A DNA stretch of 32,000 nt from Desulfobulbus propionicus DSM 2032 (GTDB lineage Bacteria > Desulfobacterota > Desulfobulbia > Desulfobulbales > Desulfobulbaceae): assembly GCF_000186885.1 (NCBI RefSeq), contig NC_014972.1, positions 1,260,001 to 1,292,000 of the forward strand, read 5' to 3'. The stretch's first letter is position 1. Each line of letters starts with the position of its first letter. Below, in pieces: positions 16,892-26,756 of the stretch. Under the pieces are notes generated by a model. That model was not told the DNA's origin and did not search any database. It saw only the letters and a list, made by a program, of their open reading frames with translations. The position numbers were made by a program, and so were the translations under genes.

Positions 16892-18946
16892 ATGATCATC
16901 GATACTGTCTGCCGTTTCTGTTCGTCCTGTTGTCCCATCGAGGCCGAGGTGGAGGAGGGCCGCCTGATCGGCGCCCGGCGCAAATCCTTTCTTGAGCCGG
17001 ACAAACGGCTGACCTGCGCCAAGCTGGCGGCAGCGGCCGAGATCGTCTATTCGCCAAAACGTCTGACCACGCCGCTGATCAAGAAGGCGGACGGCACCGG
17101 CTTTCGCGAGGCCGGCTGGGATGAGGCCTTGGATCTGGTGGTCGCAGCGATGCAGCGTCACCGGCGGGAATCCGGGTCGCAGTCGATCGCCTGGCTGCGT
17201 GGCATGGCCGCCGATTGGGGAGCGCCCTGGGATTATCCCAACCGGCTGATGCACGCCTTTGGCAGCCCCAACACCATCGGCAACGGTTCGATCTGTTTTG
17301 TGGCCCGGGATTTTGCCCATAGCTATGTCTACGGGTCCATGGCCTTTCCCGAGGCCAAGGCGGCCAAATGCATCATCGTCTGGGGCAAGAACGACGGCAA
17401 CACCGCCCTGGGCGCGGCCGAAGGCATTCACTGGGCCAAGGAGCACGGGGCAACATTGATCGTCATCGACCCGGTGCGGACCGCGCTGGCCCGCAAGGCC
17501 GACATCTGGCTGCAGATCAAGCCCGGTCATGACGGCCTCTTGGCCATGGCCATGATCAACGAGATTATCGGCAATAATCTTTATGACGCCGATTTTGTCC
17601 GTCAGTACACCGTCGGCTTTGAGAAACTCAAACAGGTGGCGGCCCAGTACCCGGCCGAGCAGGTGGCCGACAGCCTGTGGCTGAGTGCCGCGCGGATCAA
17701 GGAGATTGCCCGCCTCTACGCCACCACCAAGCCGGCGGCGATCATCGACGGCAACGGCCTCGACATGCACCGCGAGGTCTTCGACACCACCCGCGCCATC
17801 GCCATGCTCCGCGCCCTGACCGGCAACCTCGATCAGCCCGGCGGCGACGTGCTGCCGCAGCCGATCCCGGCGCGCAACATCCAGTTGAAGGAAAGGCTGC
17901 CCGAGGGCACGGTGCCGATCACCCGCGACTATTCGCTGTTCAACACCTTTTCCGAAACCTGGGGCAACCAGGTGCAGGGCTGCGTGGTCGACGCCATTTT
18001 GGACGAACAGCCCTATCCGCTCAAGATGGTGGTGGTCCAATCGGGCAACCCGCTGGTGACCATGGCCGATTCCACCCGCACCCGCGCCGCCTTTACCAAG
18101 CTCGACACCCTGGTGGTGATCGACATGTTCCTCACCGAGACCGCAAGGCTTGCCGACGTCATCCTGCCGGCCTCCTCCTGCTTTGAAAAGACCCAGCTCA
18201 ACCGGGCCTCGATCCGTAACAACCCGATGTTTCTCCAGGATGCGGTGATCGAGCCGGTGGGTGATTCCTGGCCGGACTGGAAGATCGTCTTCGAGCTGGG
18301 ACGGCGGCTTGGGTTGAGCGAGGACTTCCCCTGGCAGACCGCCGAGGAGGCCATCGACTACCAGCTGGAACCGGCCGGAGTGACGGTGGCGGATCTGCGC
18401 GTCCACGGCAAGGGGCTGCGTATCGAGGAGCTGCGGTACCACAAGTACCGCGACCAGCCCTTCAAGACCCCTTCGGGCAAGGTGGAGTTCTTTTCCAAGC
18501 GCCTGGCCGAGGCCGGATTCTGCGGGGTGCCGTTTGCGCGCGGCCTGGGCGCGGACCCGATCAGCTTTGCCGACCAGAGCGACGCCTATCCGGTGCTGGG
18601 TGTCAGCGGCAGCCGCGACATCCGCTTCACCAATTCCCAGTACCGCACCATCCCCGCGCTGCTGCGGAACGGCGAGGGCTGCGTGGTCGACATCCATCCC
18701 GAGGACGCGGCCCGCCAGGGCTTTGTCGACGGCGACCGCATCCGCATCGAAACCCCCAAGGGCGAGATCGAAATGCCCGCACGCCTTTCTTCCACGACCC
18801 GCCCGGGCATGGTCCGCATCGCCTGGGGCTGGGGCGAGCATGATCCGCGCGCCAACCTCAACACCCTCACCGAGGACGAGGTACGCGGCCCGGTGAGCGG
18901 TACCTCCACCAGCCGCAGCTTCATGTGCCGCCTGCGCAAGGTGTGA
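16892..18946 (+). CDS. Molybdopterin-dependent oxidoreductase (DMSO reductase superfamily) with N-terminal 4Fe-4S motif
   Basis: CRFCSSCCPIEAEVE...RLTCAKL, iron-sulfur motif; IIVWGKNDGNTA, VIDPVRTALARKADIWLQIKPGHDGLLAMAMI, GNLDQPGGDVL, VVIDMFLTETARLADVILPASSCFEK, C-terminal molybdopterin-dinucleotide binding domain. Confidence 0.93.
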   Translation: MIIDTVCRFCSSCCPIEAEVEEGRLIGARRKSFLEPDKRLTCAKLAAAAEIVYSPKRLTTPLIKKADGTGFREAGWDEALDLVVAAMQRHRRESGSQSIAWLRGMAADWGAPWDYPNRLMHAFGSPNTIGNGSICFVARDFAHSYVYGSMAFPEAKAAKCIIVWGKNDGNTALGAAEGIHWAKEHGATLIVIDPVRTALARKADIWLQIKPGHDGLLAMAMINEIIGNNLYDADFVRQYTVGFEKLKQVAAQYPAEQVADSLWLSAARIKEIARLYATTKPAAIIDGNGLDMHREVFDTTRAIAMLRALTGNLDQPGGDVLPQPIPARNIQLKERLPEGTVPITRDYSLFNTFSETWGNQVQGCVVDAILDEQPYPLKMVVVQSGNPLVTMADSTRTRAAFTKLDTLVVIDMFLTETARLADVILPASSCFEKTQLNRASIRNNPMFLQDAVIEPVGDSWPDWKIVFELGRRLGLSEDFPWQTAEEAIDYQLEPAGVTVADLRVHGKGLRIEELRYHKYRDQPFKTPSGKVEFFSKRLAEAGFCGVPFARGLGADPISFADQSDAYPVLGVSGSRDIRFTNSQYRTIPALLRNGEGCVVDIHPEDAARQGFVDGDRIRIETPKGEIEMPARLSSTTRPGMVRIAWGWGEHDPRANLNTLTEDEVRGPVSGTSTSRSFMCRLRKV

Positions 18947-18977
18947 GCGGCCCGTTCATCGCGCCATTGGTGGCAGA

Positions 18978-19003
18978 AAAAAGGCTCCCCTAGGGGAGCC
19001 TTT
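18978..19003. terminator. Bidirectional-type intrinsic terminator, 26-bp perfect palindrome
   Basis: AAAAGGCTCCCCTAGGGGAGCCTTTT 30 nt after the molybdoenzyme stop codon. Confidence 0.85.
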
Positions 19004-19331
19004 TGCGTTGACGACGCCGGAGGACTCAGGCCTCATGGCCTGGGAGCGTGGGGGGATGCCGCCTGCTTGACGGGTCCCGGTTTGCCTGCCGCTGGCAATG
19101 ACGCATTGCATCAACAAGCCTTTCGCTGGTAGAGTCATTGCACAGGCTCATCGCATCGAGGACGAACCGACACCGGAGGAGCCACAGGCCGCGCGTGCCC
19201 GAAACGCCGGCCGCGGTTGCTCGCGGGTCGCTGCTCCTCGCTTGGCAAGGCCCGGGAAAGACGGTTGATCTGGTCATGCAATTTGTCTGGTCCTTGGAAT
19301 CGTATCCACCCGTCCATCAAGGAGGCACCCC

Positions 19332-19844
19332 ATGCAGGAAAGGCAACACATCATCGTTCCCATTGATTTCAAAACCCATTCCGATCTGCAGGCCAATTTC
19401 GCCCTGCACATGGCAAGGCTGCTCAACGCAAAAACGACCTTCGTGCACGTCCTGCGGCCAATCGCCGATTTCTCCGACTATGATCCGGCCACCCTGGAGC
19501 AGGTGGAAAAGAAGTTGCTGGCCCACATGCGCAAGAAAGTGGACGCTTTCATCAAAGCGTTGGACAAGCGGGGGGTGATCTGCGAGGGGGTGGTGCTGAG
19601 CGGCTCGATTGCCGAGACCGTCATTGCCCATGTGGATGAACAAAAAGCGGATTTAGTTGTCCTCAGCACCCACGGCGCCCAGGGAATCGAGAAAGTGCTC
19701 CTCGGCAGCGTGGCCGATCGGGTGATCAAGGGGGTCAATTGTCCGTGCCTGGTGTTCAACCCCTATAAGAACAGGTGGCGCCATGACGACACGACAGGGC
19801 GTTATGACTTTGGCAAGGCCGTTGAACTGCCACCGCTGGCCTGA
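19332..19844 (+). CDS. Universal stress protein (UspA family)
   Basis: HIIVPIDFKTHSDLQANFALHMARLLNAKTTFVHVLRP; C-terminal ADLVVLSTHGAQGIEKVLLGSVADRVIKGVNCPCLVF (G-X2-G-X9-G-S type ATP-binding motif). Confidence 0.9.
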   Translation: MQERQHIIVPIDFKTHSDLQANFALHMARLLNAKTTFVHVLRPIADFSDYDPATLEQVEKKLLAHMRKKVDAFIKALDKRGVICEGVVLSGSIAETVIAHVDEQKADLVVLSTHGAQGIEKVLLGSVADRVIKGVNCPCLVFNPYKNRWRHDDTTGRYDFGKAVELPPLA

Positions 19845-19892
19845 GACCATGCGGGCCGCGTTGCCCGCTGGATGGGTGCCGGGAGAGGATCG

Positions 19893-20282
19893 ATGAGCGA
19901 CAGGCCGCTCCAACTTACCACCGAGGCTTTCGCCCGGATCGTGGAACAGGCGATTGCCCGTATTCCCGAGGAAATCCGGGCTGTTCTGGATAATGTCCTC
20001 ATCTCGGTCAAGGATCGGCCCACGGCGGCAATGCTTGCCGAAGTGGGGCTTGGGCCCGACGAACCGTTGTTCGGTATCTTCCTTGGCGTGCCATTGAACG
20101 AACGCAGCCTGGCCGACCCGCCGCTGTATCCCGATACCATTCATATTTTTCAGGATCCCTTGGAAGAGTACTGCGCCACCCGCGAGCAGTTGATCGAGGA
20201 GATCGAGATCACCGTGGTGCATGAAATCGCCCATTTCGTCGGCTTCAGCGACGAGGAACTGGAACGGTTGGGCTACGGATGA
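19893..20282 (+). CDS. Possible zincin metallopeptidase family protein (MpnA/DUF1025-like minigluzincin)
   Basis: VVHEIAHFVGFSDEELERLGYG (HExxH plus downstream Glu), IHIFQDPLEEYCATREQLIEEIEITVVHE; start at 19893. Confidence 0.85.
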   Translation: MSDRPLQLTTEAFARIVEQAIARIPEEIRAVLDNVLISVKDRPTAAMLAEVGLGPDEPLFGIFLGVPLNERSLADPPLYPDTIHIFQDPLEEYCATREQLIEEIEITVVHEIAHFVGFSDEELERLGYG

Positions 20283-20347
20283 AGGCAAGGGACTCGGCGT
20301 GTTATGAGGAAGGACGGGGACGGCCAATCGATTAGCGCGCCGCCTAA

Positions 20348-20394
20348 TCCGGAAAAATCGGACAAGCGCGCTGCCCCTGTCCGACATTTCCGGA
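20348..20394. repeat. Long imperfect inverted repeat (15/17 paired arms)
   Basis: TCCGGAAAAATCGGACA (20348-20364) versus TGTCCGACATTTCCGGA (20378-20394), 13-nt loop, downstream of the zincin gene. Confidence 0.6.
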
Positions 20395-20463
20395 CAGCCT
20401 TGTCGGCCCTATTGCCGATTGTTTGCGAACGATGACGGAAAAACGAGAAGTTGGAGTGATGTG

Positions 20464-20494
20464 TGCAGATGTTTTTCTGCATGGTGTTTTTTTT
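20464..20494 (+). terminator. Weak candidate intrinsic terminator
   Basis: TGCAGA-tgtttt-TCTGCA hairpin followed by TGGTG and eight Ts, upstream of the second MCP. Confidence 0.35.
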
Positions 20495-20587
20495 GCATAA
20501 CGCTGAACCTCAGCCGCGATGCGTATGCGCCGTTCCCTGCGGGAACGGGGCACTCTCCCATAAAAAAAACACAGGCAAGGAGAACTC

Positions 20588-22645
20588 ATGACATTGACCG
20601 CGTTTCGTTCGATGAAATACACCACCAAGCTGTTCATCGCCGTGGTGCTGCTGTGCGTTGCCTCGATTGGCATCACGTCGGGCAACGCCATCCGAATGTC
20701 GAGCCAGGGACTCAACACCCTTGGTCGCGACGCATTGGAGCATATCCACCAGGCGGTTTATAATTCCCTGACCACCTATGACGAGACCATCGGCAGGAAA
20801 CTGGACAGCGACCTCAAGATTTTTGAACAGGAGGTCCTGGACAAGGGCGCGCCCGCGATCGACACCGCCAGCACGCAGCCGCAGACCATGGTCGACCAGG
20901 TCAGCCTGCAGTCGGAACAGGTGCTGCTGCCGCGATTGATGGCCGGCGACCACCCGATCGGCGGCGCCAACGACCTCGTTGACAGCGTCACCACCAGCAC
21001 GGGCAGCCTGGCCACGGTGTTCCAGATGGTGGACGGCAAGCTGTTGCGCGTGGCCACCACGGTCAAGAAGGAAAACGGGGAGCGGGCGCTGGGCACCTAT
21101 ATCCCCGCCGACAGCCCGGTGGTCAAGGCCATCGCTCAGGGCCAGGTGTACAAGGGCAAGGCCTACGTGGTCAACGACTGGTACCTGACGGCCTATGCCC
21201 CGTTGCGCGCCGCCAACGGCCAAGTGGTCGGCGCCGTCTTTGTCGGCCAGCTCATGCTGGCCCCCGAGGTCCGCACCTTCATTTCCACCACCCGGCTGAA
21301 CAGCGGCTATTTCTTTGCCTATACCGATGCCGGCGACCTGGTCATCCATCCTTCCCTGGGCAAGGATACCAATATATTCAAGCTGATTCCGGCGTTCAAG
21401 GCGCACAAGGAGGGATTTCTTGAATACATCGACAATGGGGAGAGCAAGGTGGCCTACGTGCGGTACATCGACAAATGGGGGCTGTACATCGCCATCACCA
21501 TCTCCCACGCGGGCATCGACAACGGCCTGGCCGCGCAGATGATGCGCAACAATCTGCTCGCCGGGCTGGGGGTGATCGCGGTTGCCATTCTCATTATCCT
21601 GCTGCTGGTTCGCACGATCAACAAGCCGCTCCAGGAACTCGCCGCCCAGAGCGTCAAGGTGGGCGAGGGAGATTACACCATCGCCTTTGCCGCCAAGACC
21701 GACGACGCCATCGGCCAGCTGGCCGGATCGCTGGGGATCATGGTGGGTAAATCGCGGGAAATGCTGGAAGATATCATTCACTCCTCCCGAGCCCTGGCCG
21801 CCGCTTCCACGGAACTGGCCACCATCTCCGAACAGATGGTGACCAATGCCGACGCCACCACCCGGATTGCCGACACCGCCGCCACCAATGCCCACGAGGT
21901 ATCCGACAACATGACCTCGATCTCGGCGGCCATGGAGGAATCGACCACCAATCTGGACATGATCGCCTCGGCCTCCGAGGAGATGGGAACCACCATCAAG
22001 GAGATCGCGGAAAACAGCGCCCGGGCCCGCCTGACCACGGAAGAGGCGGTGGCCAAGGCGCGCAAGTCCCACGAGGGGGTGCGCGAGCTCGGCGAGGCGG
22101 CCAAGGCGATCGGCATTGTCACCGAAACCATCACCGAGATTTCGGAGCAGACCAATCTGCTGGCCCTCAACGCCACCATCGAGGCGGCGCGGGCCGGCGA
22201 GGCGGGCAAGGGATTTGCGGTGGTTGCCAATGAAATCAAGGACCTGGCCAAGGAGACCGCCAATGCCACCGGCAGGATCAAGCAGGCCATCGAGCAGATC
22301 CAGAATCAGACCGAGGTCACCGTACTGGACATCCAATCGATCACCACGGTCATCCAGGATGTGAACGACGTGGTCAATACCATTGTCACCGCTGTCGAGG
22401 AACAATCGATCACCACCGCGGAGATCGTGACCAACGTCAACCAAGCCTCGTTGGGTATCACCGAGATCAATCAAAACATCGCGCACAGCAGCCAGATGAC
22501 CACCGAGATGTCCGAGGGCGTGGGACAGGTGAAGGAGCAGTCCGTGGAGGTGAAGAACAACAGTCAGATCGTGCGCCAATCGGCCGACGAGTTGTCGCGA
22601 CTGTCCGAGAAGCTCACCACCCTGGTTTCGCGGTTCAAAATGTGA
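20588..22645 (+). CDS. Methyl-accepting chemotaxis protein with large single-Cache-type sensor (sCache_3-like), HAMP and MCP domain
   Basis: 685 aa; AAGGAGAACTC SD; [30 protein letters not shown]; [25 protein letters not shown]; [40 protein letters not shown]. Confidence 0.95.
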   Translation: MTLTAFRSMKYTTKLFIAVVLLCVASIGITSGNAIRMSSQGLNTLGRDALEHIHQAVYNSLTTYDETIGRKLDSDLKIFEQEVLDKGAPAIDTASTQPQTMVDQVSLQSEQVLLPRLMAGDHPIGGANDLVDSVTTSTGSLATVFQMVDGKLLRVATTVKKENGERALGTYIPADSPVVKAIAQGQVYKGKAYVVNDWYLTAYAPLRAANGQVVGAVFVGQLMLAPEVRTFISTTRLNSGYFFAYTDAGDLVIHPSLGKDTNIFKLIPAFKAHKEGFLEYIDNGESKVAYVRYIDKWGLYIAITISHAGIDNGLAAQMMRNNLLAGLGVIAVAILIILLLVRTINKPLQELAAQSVKVGEGDYTIAFAAKTDDAIGQLAGSLGIMVGKSREMLEDIIHSSRALAAASTELATISEQMVTNADATTRIADTAATNAHEVSDNMTSISAAMEESTTNLDMIASASEEMGTTIKEIAENSARARLTTEEAVAKARKSHEGVRELGEAAKAIGIVTETITEISEQTNLLALNATIEAARAGEAGKGFAVVANEIKDLAKETANATGRIKQAIEQIQNQTEVTVLDIQSITTVIQDVNDVVNTIVTAVEEQSITTAEIVTNVNQASLGITEINQNIAHSSQMTTEMSEGVGQVKEQSVEVKNNSQIVRQSADELSRLSEKLTTLVSRFKM

Positions 22646-22757
22646 TTTGATTGTGCTGGTTCGAGCGCTCCGGCGACAACCGGACCCTGATGGGGGCGGT
22701 TGAGCGCGGAGCCCTTGGACGGCAACCCGCTGTCACCCCACCTCGTCCTCCCTCGAT

Positions 22758-22790
22758 GTCCGCTTGCATTCCCTCCGAATGCAAGCGGAC
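22758..22790. repeat. Perfect 14-bp-arm hairpin GTCCGCTTGCATTC-cctcc-GAATGCAAGCGGAC
   Basis: Perfect inverted repeat with 5-nt loop in the MCP / MFS intergenic region; no T-tract follows. Confidence 0.75.
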
Positions 22791-22904
22791 CGGAATCCGC
22801 GCCCTGTCGTTGAGGAAAGTTCGGCTGCAACGCCCAAGCCCGCGGCGCAATCCACTTGCCCCGCCGGCCCGTATCCGGTACAGTCCCCGCCGTCTTTCGT
22901 TTGG

Positions 22905-22932
22905 CCCGGCAACCGCCGGGTTCTTTTTTTTT
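22905..22932 (+). terminator. Intrinsic terminator or attenuator immediately upstream of the MFS gene
   Basis: CCCGGC-aacc-GCCGGG followed by TTCTTTTTTTTT; ends about 22 nt before the ATG at 22955. Confidence 0.8.
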
Positions 22933-22954
22933 GCGCGCCCCAAAGGAGGCACCC

Positions 22955-24172
22955 ATGTCTCGTCACCCAGGCGACCAGCCTGCCCAGGCCAGGACCGAGC
23001 GGATCGGTTTCAAGGTTCTGTTGGCCATCAGTTTCTGTCATTTTCTCAACGACATGCTCCAGTCGCTCATCCCGGCGATCTACCCCCAGCTCAAGGAGCA
23101 TTTTGACTTAAGTTTCACTCAGATCGGCCTGATCACCCTGACCTACCAGTTGTCTGCCTCGTTGCTCCAGCCGGCGGTCGGCTTCTACACCGATCGCCAC
23201 CCCAAACCCTATTCCCTGGTTTTCGGCATGGGCAGCACCCTGCTGGGATTGCTGGCCCTGTCGGTGGCGCCGAGCTACGCGTTGCTGCTGTTGGCCGTCG
23301 GTTTGGTGGGCACCGGGTCCTCGGTCTTTCATCCTGAATCGTCGCGGGTCGCCCGCATGGCCTCGGCCGGCCACTACGGTTTGGCGCAGTCGATCTTTCA
23401 GGTCGGCGGCAATGCGGGCACCTCGGCCGGTCCGCTGCTCGCCGCCCTGATCGTCATCCCCCAGGGACGGGACAGTCTGGCCTGGTTTTCGCTGTGCGCT
23501 CTCCTGGCCATGGTGCTCCTCGCCCGGGTGGGTGCCTGGTACAAACGCAAGCAGCAGGAGCGGCAGGGGCGCGGCACACACTTGGCCAGACAGCCTCGTC
23601 CTGGCCTGCGGACAGCGGCTTGGCCGGTATGCATCCTTCTGGTGCTGATGTTCTCCAAGTTTTTTTATACCACCAGTTTGCACAGCTACCTTATCTTCTA
23701 TTTAATCCACAAGTTTCAGCTTTCGGTGCCGTCGGCGCAGATCCACCTGTTTGTCTTTCTGTTCGGCGGCGCCCTGGGCACCATCCTGGGCGGGCCGATC
23801 GGCGACCGCATCGGTCGCAAGCAGGTGATCTGGTGGTCGATCTTCGGTGTCGCCCCTTTTGCCCTGGCCCTGCCCCATGTCAGCCTGTTCTGGACCGGTC
23901 CCCTGACGTTTGTCATCGGCCTGATGATGGCCTCGGCCTTTCCGGCCATTGTGGTCTATGCCCAGGAACTGTTTCCCGGCAGGGTGGGGATGATCTCCGG
24001 CCTGTTCTTCGGGCTGGCCTTCGGCCTTGCCGGGATTGGCGCGGCCCTGTTGGGCAAGTTGGCCGACGTCCAGGGTATCGATGTTGTCTATCAGGTCTGC
24101 GCCTGGCTGCCGTTGCTTGGGCTGGCGGCGGTACTGCTCCCCGATCTGCGCGGCAAGACGGAGGAAGGGTGA
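22955..24172 (+). CDS. MFS transporter, fosmidomycin-resistance protein (Fsr) type
   Basis: AISFCHFLNDMLQSLIPAIYPQLKEHFDLSFTQIGLITLTYQLSASLLQPAVGFYTDRHPKPYSL, GTGSSVFHPESSRVARMASAG, IFQVGGNAGTSAGPLL; 12 TM-like pattern; AAAGGAGG SD. Confidence 0.88.
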   Translation: MSRHPGDQPAQARTERIGFKVLLAISFCHFLNDMLQSLIPAIYPQLKEHFDLSFTQIGLITLTYQLSASLLQPAVGFYTDRHPKPYSLVFGMGSTLLGLLALSVAPSYALLLLAVGLVGTGSSVFHPESSRVARMASAGHYGLAQSIFQVGGNAGTSAGPLLAALIVIPQGRDSLAWFSLCALLAMVLLARVGAWYKRKQQERQGRGTHLARQPRPGLRTAAWPVCILLVLMFSKFFYTTSLHSYLIFYLIHKFQLSVPSAQIHLFVFLFGGALGTILGGPIGDRIGRKQVIWWSIFGVAPFALALPHVSLFWTGPLTFVIGLMMASAFPAIVVYAQELFPGRVGMISGLFFGLAFGLAGIGAALLGKLADVQGIDVVYQVCAWLPLLGLAAVLLPDLRGKTEEG

Positions 24173-24186
24173 GCGGGAGCGGGACG

Positions 24187-24885
24187 ATGAACAACGAACA
24201 GCGAGTCGTGCACAGGGGGCCGGGCAACGGACTGATCGACCAGGCCGGCCAACCAGTGACGCCGCCCGAAAACTGGGTGTTCCTCCCAGCCGGCGATGCC
24301 GGGCTGACTCGTCGGGTTACCGCCCGTACCGGGTTCTGGCGGGTGCGGGCACCAATGGGCCGGCGGATGATTTCCCTGGGAATCTGGGCTCCGGCGGCGA
24401 TCATTGCCGAGGCCAGGGCTGAACTCGAAGCGATCCGCGCATCCGAGGGGTATCACAAGAAGTTGGCCGGTGAACGTCGGCGGCGGGCGGAACGGCAGAG
24501 CGCCTATGAAGAAGCGTTTTACCAGGCGGTGCGGGCCTTCCTCGCCTTTGCCCCCCGATACGAACCGTTGGAACGGGCCATGGCCTCGGCGGTCAGTCGC
24601 CATGCGGTCCCCGTGGGCAGCGGCACGGTGGCGCGCACCACCCGGATTCCCCTGGAGGAACGGGCCGCCCGGGCGGTGATTGCCTGGATGCGCCACCGGA
24701 CCACGGCCTACGAAACCATGGATGTTGCCCGCGTCAAGGGCGAACGGCGGCAGGTACGGCGCATGCTGGCCCGGCGTTCGCTGGAGTTGCTTCGTTCCTA
24801 CCGCGAGGGGCGGGAGATCGATCCCGGTTGCCCGCTGCGCCAAGCCCTGAAAACGGAACAGGCCGCGGAAGAACCCGCGGCCTGA
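24187..24885 (+). CDS. DUF2293-like domain protein
   Basis: ATG at 24187; conserved C-terminal AVIAWMRHRTTAYETMDVARVKGERRQVRRMLARRSLELLRSYR; starts 14 nt after the MFS stop. Confidence 0.65.
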   Translation: MNNEQRVVHRGPGNGLIDQAGQPVTPPENWVFLPAGDAGLTRRVTARTGFWRVRAPMGRRMISLGIWAPAAIIAEARAELEAIRASEGYHKKLAGERRRRAERQSAYEEAFYQAVRAFLAFAPRYEPLERAMASAVSRHAVPVGSGTVARTTRIPLEERAARAVIAWMRHRTTAYETMDVARVKGERRQVRRMLARRSLELLRSYREGREIDPGCPLRQALKTEQAAEEPAA

Positions 24886-24928
24886 GTGAGAGGGACGATC
24901 CCGGCGCATGGCCAGGATCGGGAGAGGA

Positions 24929-26653
24929 TCAGATCTTGAACACACCCACCAGCCGGTTCAGTTCGCGCGCCAACTGGAGCATGTTGTCGGCGCTGGTTTT
25001 GGTGTCTTCGCTGCTCTTGGAAATCTCGCTGACCGCGTGGTGCACCTGGGCGATATCCTGGGTGATGGCGTTGGCCACCAGCGAACTCTGACTGACATTC
25101 ACGTTGACCTCCTGGAGTCCCTGGCTGGCCTGTTCGATGTTCTTGGCGATCTCCTCGGTGGCGGCGGATTGCTGGGTCACCGCCGAGGCGATGGTGGCCA
25201 CGATGGCGTTGACGTTGTTGATCACCCCGGTGATGTCCTTGATTTCTTTCACGGTTTCGCCGGTGGTTCCCTGAACGCCCTCGATCTGCTGTTTGATGTC
25301 CAGGGTGGCGGCTGCGGTCTGTTTGGCCAGCTCCTTGATTTCGTTGGCCACCACCGCGAATCCCTTGCCCGCCTCGCCGGCCCGGGCCGCCTCGATGGTG
25401 GCGTTGAGCGCCAGCAGGTTGGTCTGCTCGGAGATCTCGGTGATCGCCTCGGTGACCTTGTTGATCGCCTGGGCGGCCTGGCCGAGCTCGGTCATTCGGG
25501 TCGAGGCCGCCTCGGCCTTCTGCACCGCCTGTTCCGAGATCACCCGCGCCTGTTCGGCATTGCCGGCGATCTCGTTGATGGTGGCATGCATCTCCTCGGC
25601 GGCACTCGCCACCATGGCGGTATTGGTCGAGGATTCCTCCATGGCGGCGGCCACATTGGTGAGGTTGGCGTTCATCTCCTCGGCGGCCGCGGCCACGGCG
25701 TTGCTGCGCGCCGAACTCTCGCCGGCATTGGCCGACATCTCGTTGGCCACCGTGGCCAGACGGGTAGAGGCACCCTCCACCTCCTTGCCGTTGGCCACCA
25801 CCCCGCGGATAATCCCTTGCAGCTTTTCGATGAACAGGTTGAATCCCTTGCCCAGTTCACCGATCTCGTCGTTGGCCTTGATGTCCAGCCGCCGGGTCAG
25901 ATCCCCCTCGCCTTGGGCGATATCCCGCAGATTCGCCACCACCTGATTCAAGCCGCGAACAATGCCGAAGGCCACCAGGAGGATGATCGAAATGATGACC
26001 GCGAACACCGTGCCGGCGCTTAGGACCATGGTGATCAGCGAGGAGCGTACCTGGCCGTTCATCTCCGTGCTCAGGGCACCGACATAGGTCTCGATGTTGT
26101 CGATGTAGATGCCGGTGCCGATCCACATCTGGGTGCCGGGGATCATCTCGCTGTAGGCCAGCTTGGGCGTATCCTCGTTGCCCGGCGGTTTGGGAAAGAC
26201 GTACTGGACGAATCCGCCGCCCTTGTTGGCCTGGTTCATCAGCTCGCGCACATAGTAGACGCCGTTTTTATCCTGGTTGGCCCCCAGGTCCTTGCCCTGC
26301 TTGTCCTTGGCCGGCGGCAGGACCACGTTGGTGGTGTTCTCGTAGACGAAATAGTAGCCGGATTTGTCGTCCTCAAAACGAATGTCGTCCACCAGGCGGC
26401 GGATGGTGTCGATCTGCTGTTGCTTGTCGCTCATGCCCTCGATGGCGTGTCCGAGGGCAACGGCCACCGAATGGGTCGCCACCCGCAGCTTGGCCTTCTG
26501 GTCATCGAGCATCACCGCCCCGGTTTTTTCCAGACCCATGTCCCGAACCTGGTGGCTGTTGGTCACGGCAAACCACAGCATCAGGCCGAAGAGGAAGACG
26601 ATTGAGAGAATGACCAGGTACATCCGGCCTTTGACCGAAAAACGATTGAGCAT
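24929..26653 (-). CDS. Methyl-accepting chemotaxis protein with single Cache (sCache_2-like) sensor, HAMP and MCP domain
   Basis: Start at 26653 ([26 protein letters not shown]) preceded by GGAGG; [30 protein letters not shown]...[19 protein letters not shown]; [41 protein letters not shown]. Confidence 0.95.
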   Translation of the reverse strand: MLNRFSVKGRMYLVILSIVFLFGLMLWFAVTNSHQVRDMGLEKTGAVMLDDQKAKLRVATHSVAVALGHAIEGMSDKQQQIDTIRRLVDDIRFEDDKSGYYFVYENTTNVVLPPAKDKQGKDLGANQDKNGVYYVRELMNQANKGGGFVQYVFPKPPGNEDTPKLAYSEMIPGTQMWIGTGIYIDNIETYVGALSTEMNGQVRSSLITMVLSAGTVFAVIISIILLVAFGIVRGLNQVVANLRDIAQGEGDLTRRLDIKANDEIGELGKGFNLFIEKLQGIIRGVVANGKEVEGASTRLATVANEMSANAGESSARSNAVAAAAEEMNANLTNVAAAMEESSTNTAMVASAAEEMHATINEIAGNAEQARVISEQAVQKAEAASTRMTELGQAAQAINKVTEAITEISEQTNLLALNATIEAARAGEAGKGFAVVANEIKELAKQTAAATLDIKQQIEGVQGTTGETVKEIKDITGVINNVNAIVATIASAVTQQSAATEEIAKNIEQASQGLQEVNVNVSQSSLVANAITQDIAQVHHAVSEISKSSEDTKTSADNMLQLARELNRLVGVFKI

Positions 26654-26726
26654 GCTGCCTCCATTGGGGTGGAATGACGGTTGAACGGTGGGGAAAAGAT
26701 AAAGGAACATTGTTTGTATATTGCTA

Positions 26727-26756
26727 AAAATACATGAATGATTTGACCTTTGTCAA
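26727..26756 (-). promoter_or_regulatory. Candidate sigma70-type promoter for the MCP gene
   Basis: Minus strand TTGACA (26756-26751), 18-nt spacer, TATTTT (26732-26727), upstream of the ATG at 26653. Confidence 0.45.

Noticed and set aside
15989-18841. 950-aa minus-strand ORF
   Set aside because: Antisense to the methyltransferase and molybdoenzyme genes, which have strong family motifs; composition (H/G/D/Q rich) is typical of an antisense frame.
20510-22579. 689-aa minus-strand ORF
   Set aside because: Antisense frame of the second MCP; the same kind of shadow ORF (LVRGAGRLV..., [13 protein letters not shown]) occurs opposite all three MCPs, showing it is a by-product of MCP coding sequence.
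22655-22685. GGTTCGAG sequence resembling a tRNA T-arm
   Set aside because: No accompanying acceptor, D- or anticodon-arm pairing nearby; only a short TCCGG/CCGGA hairpin.
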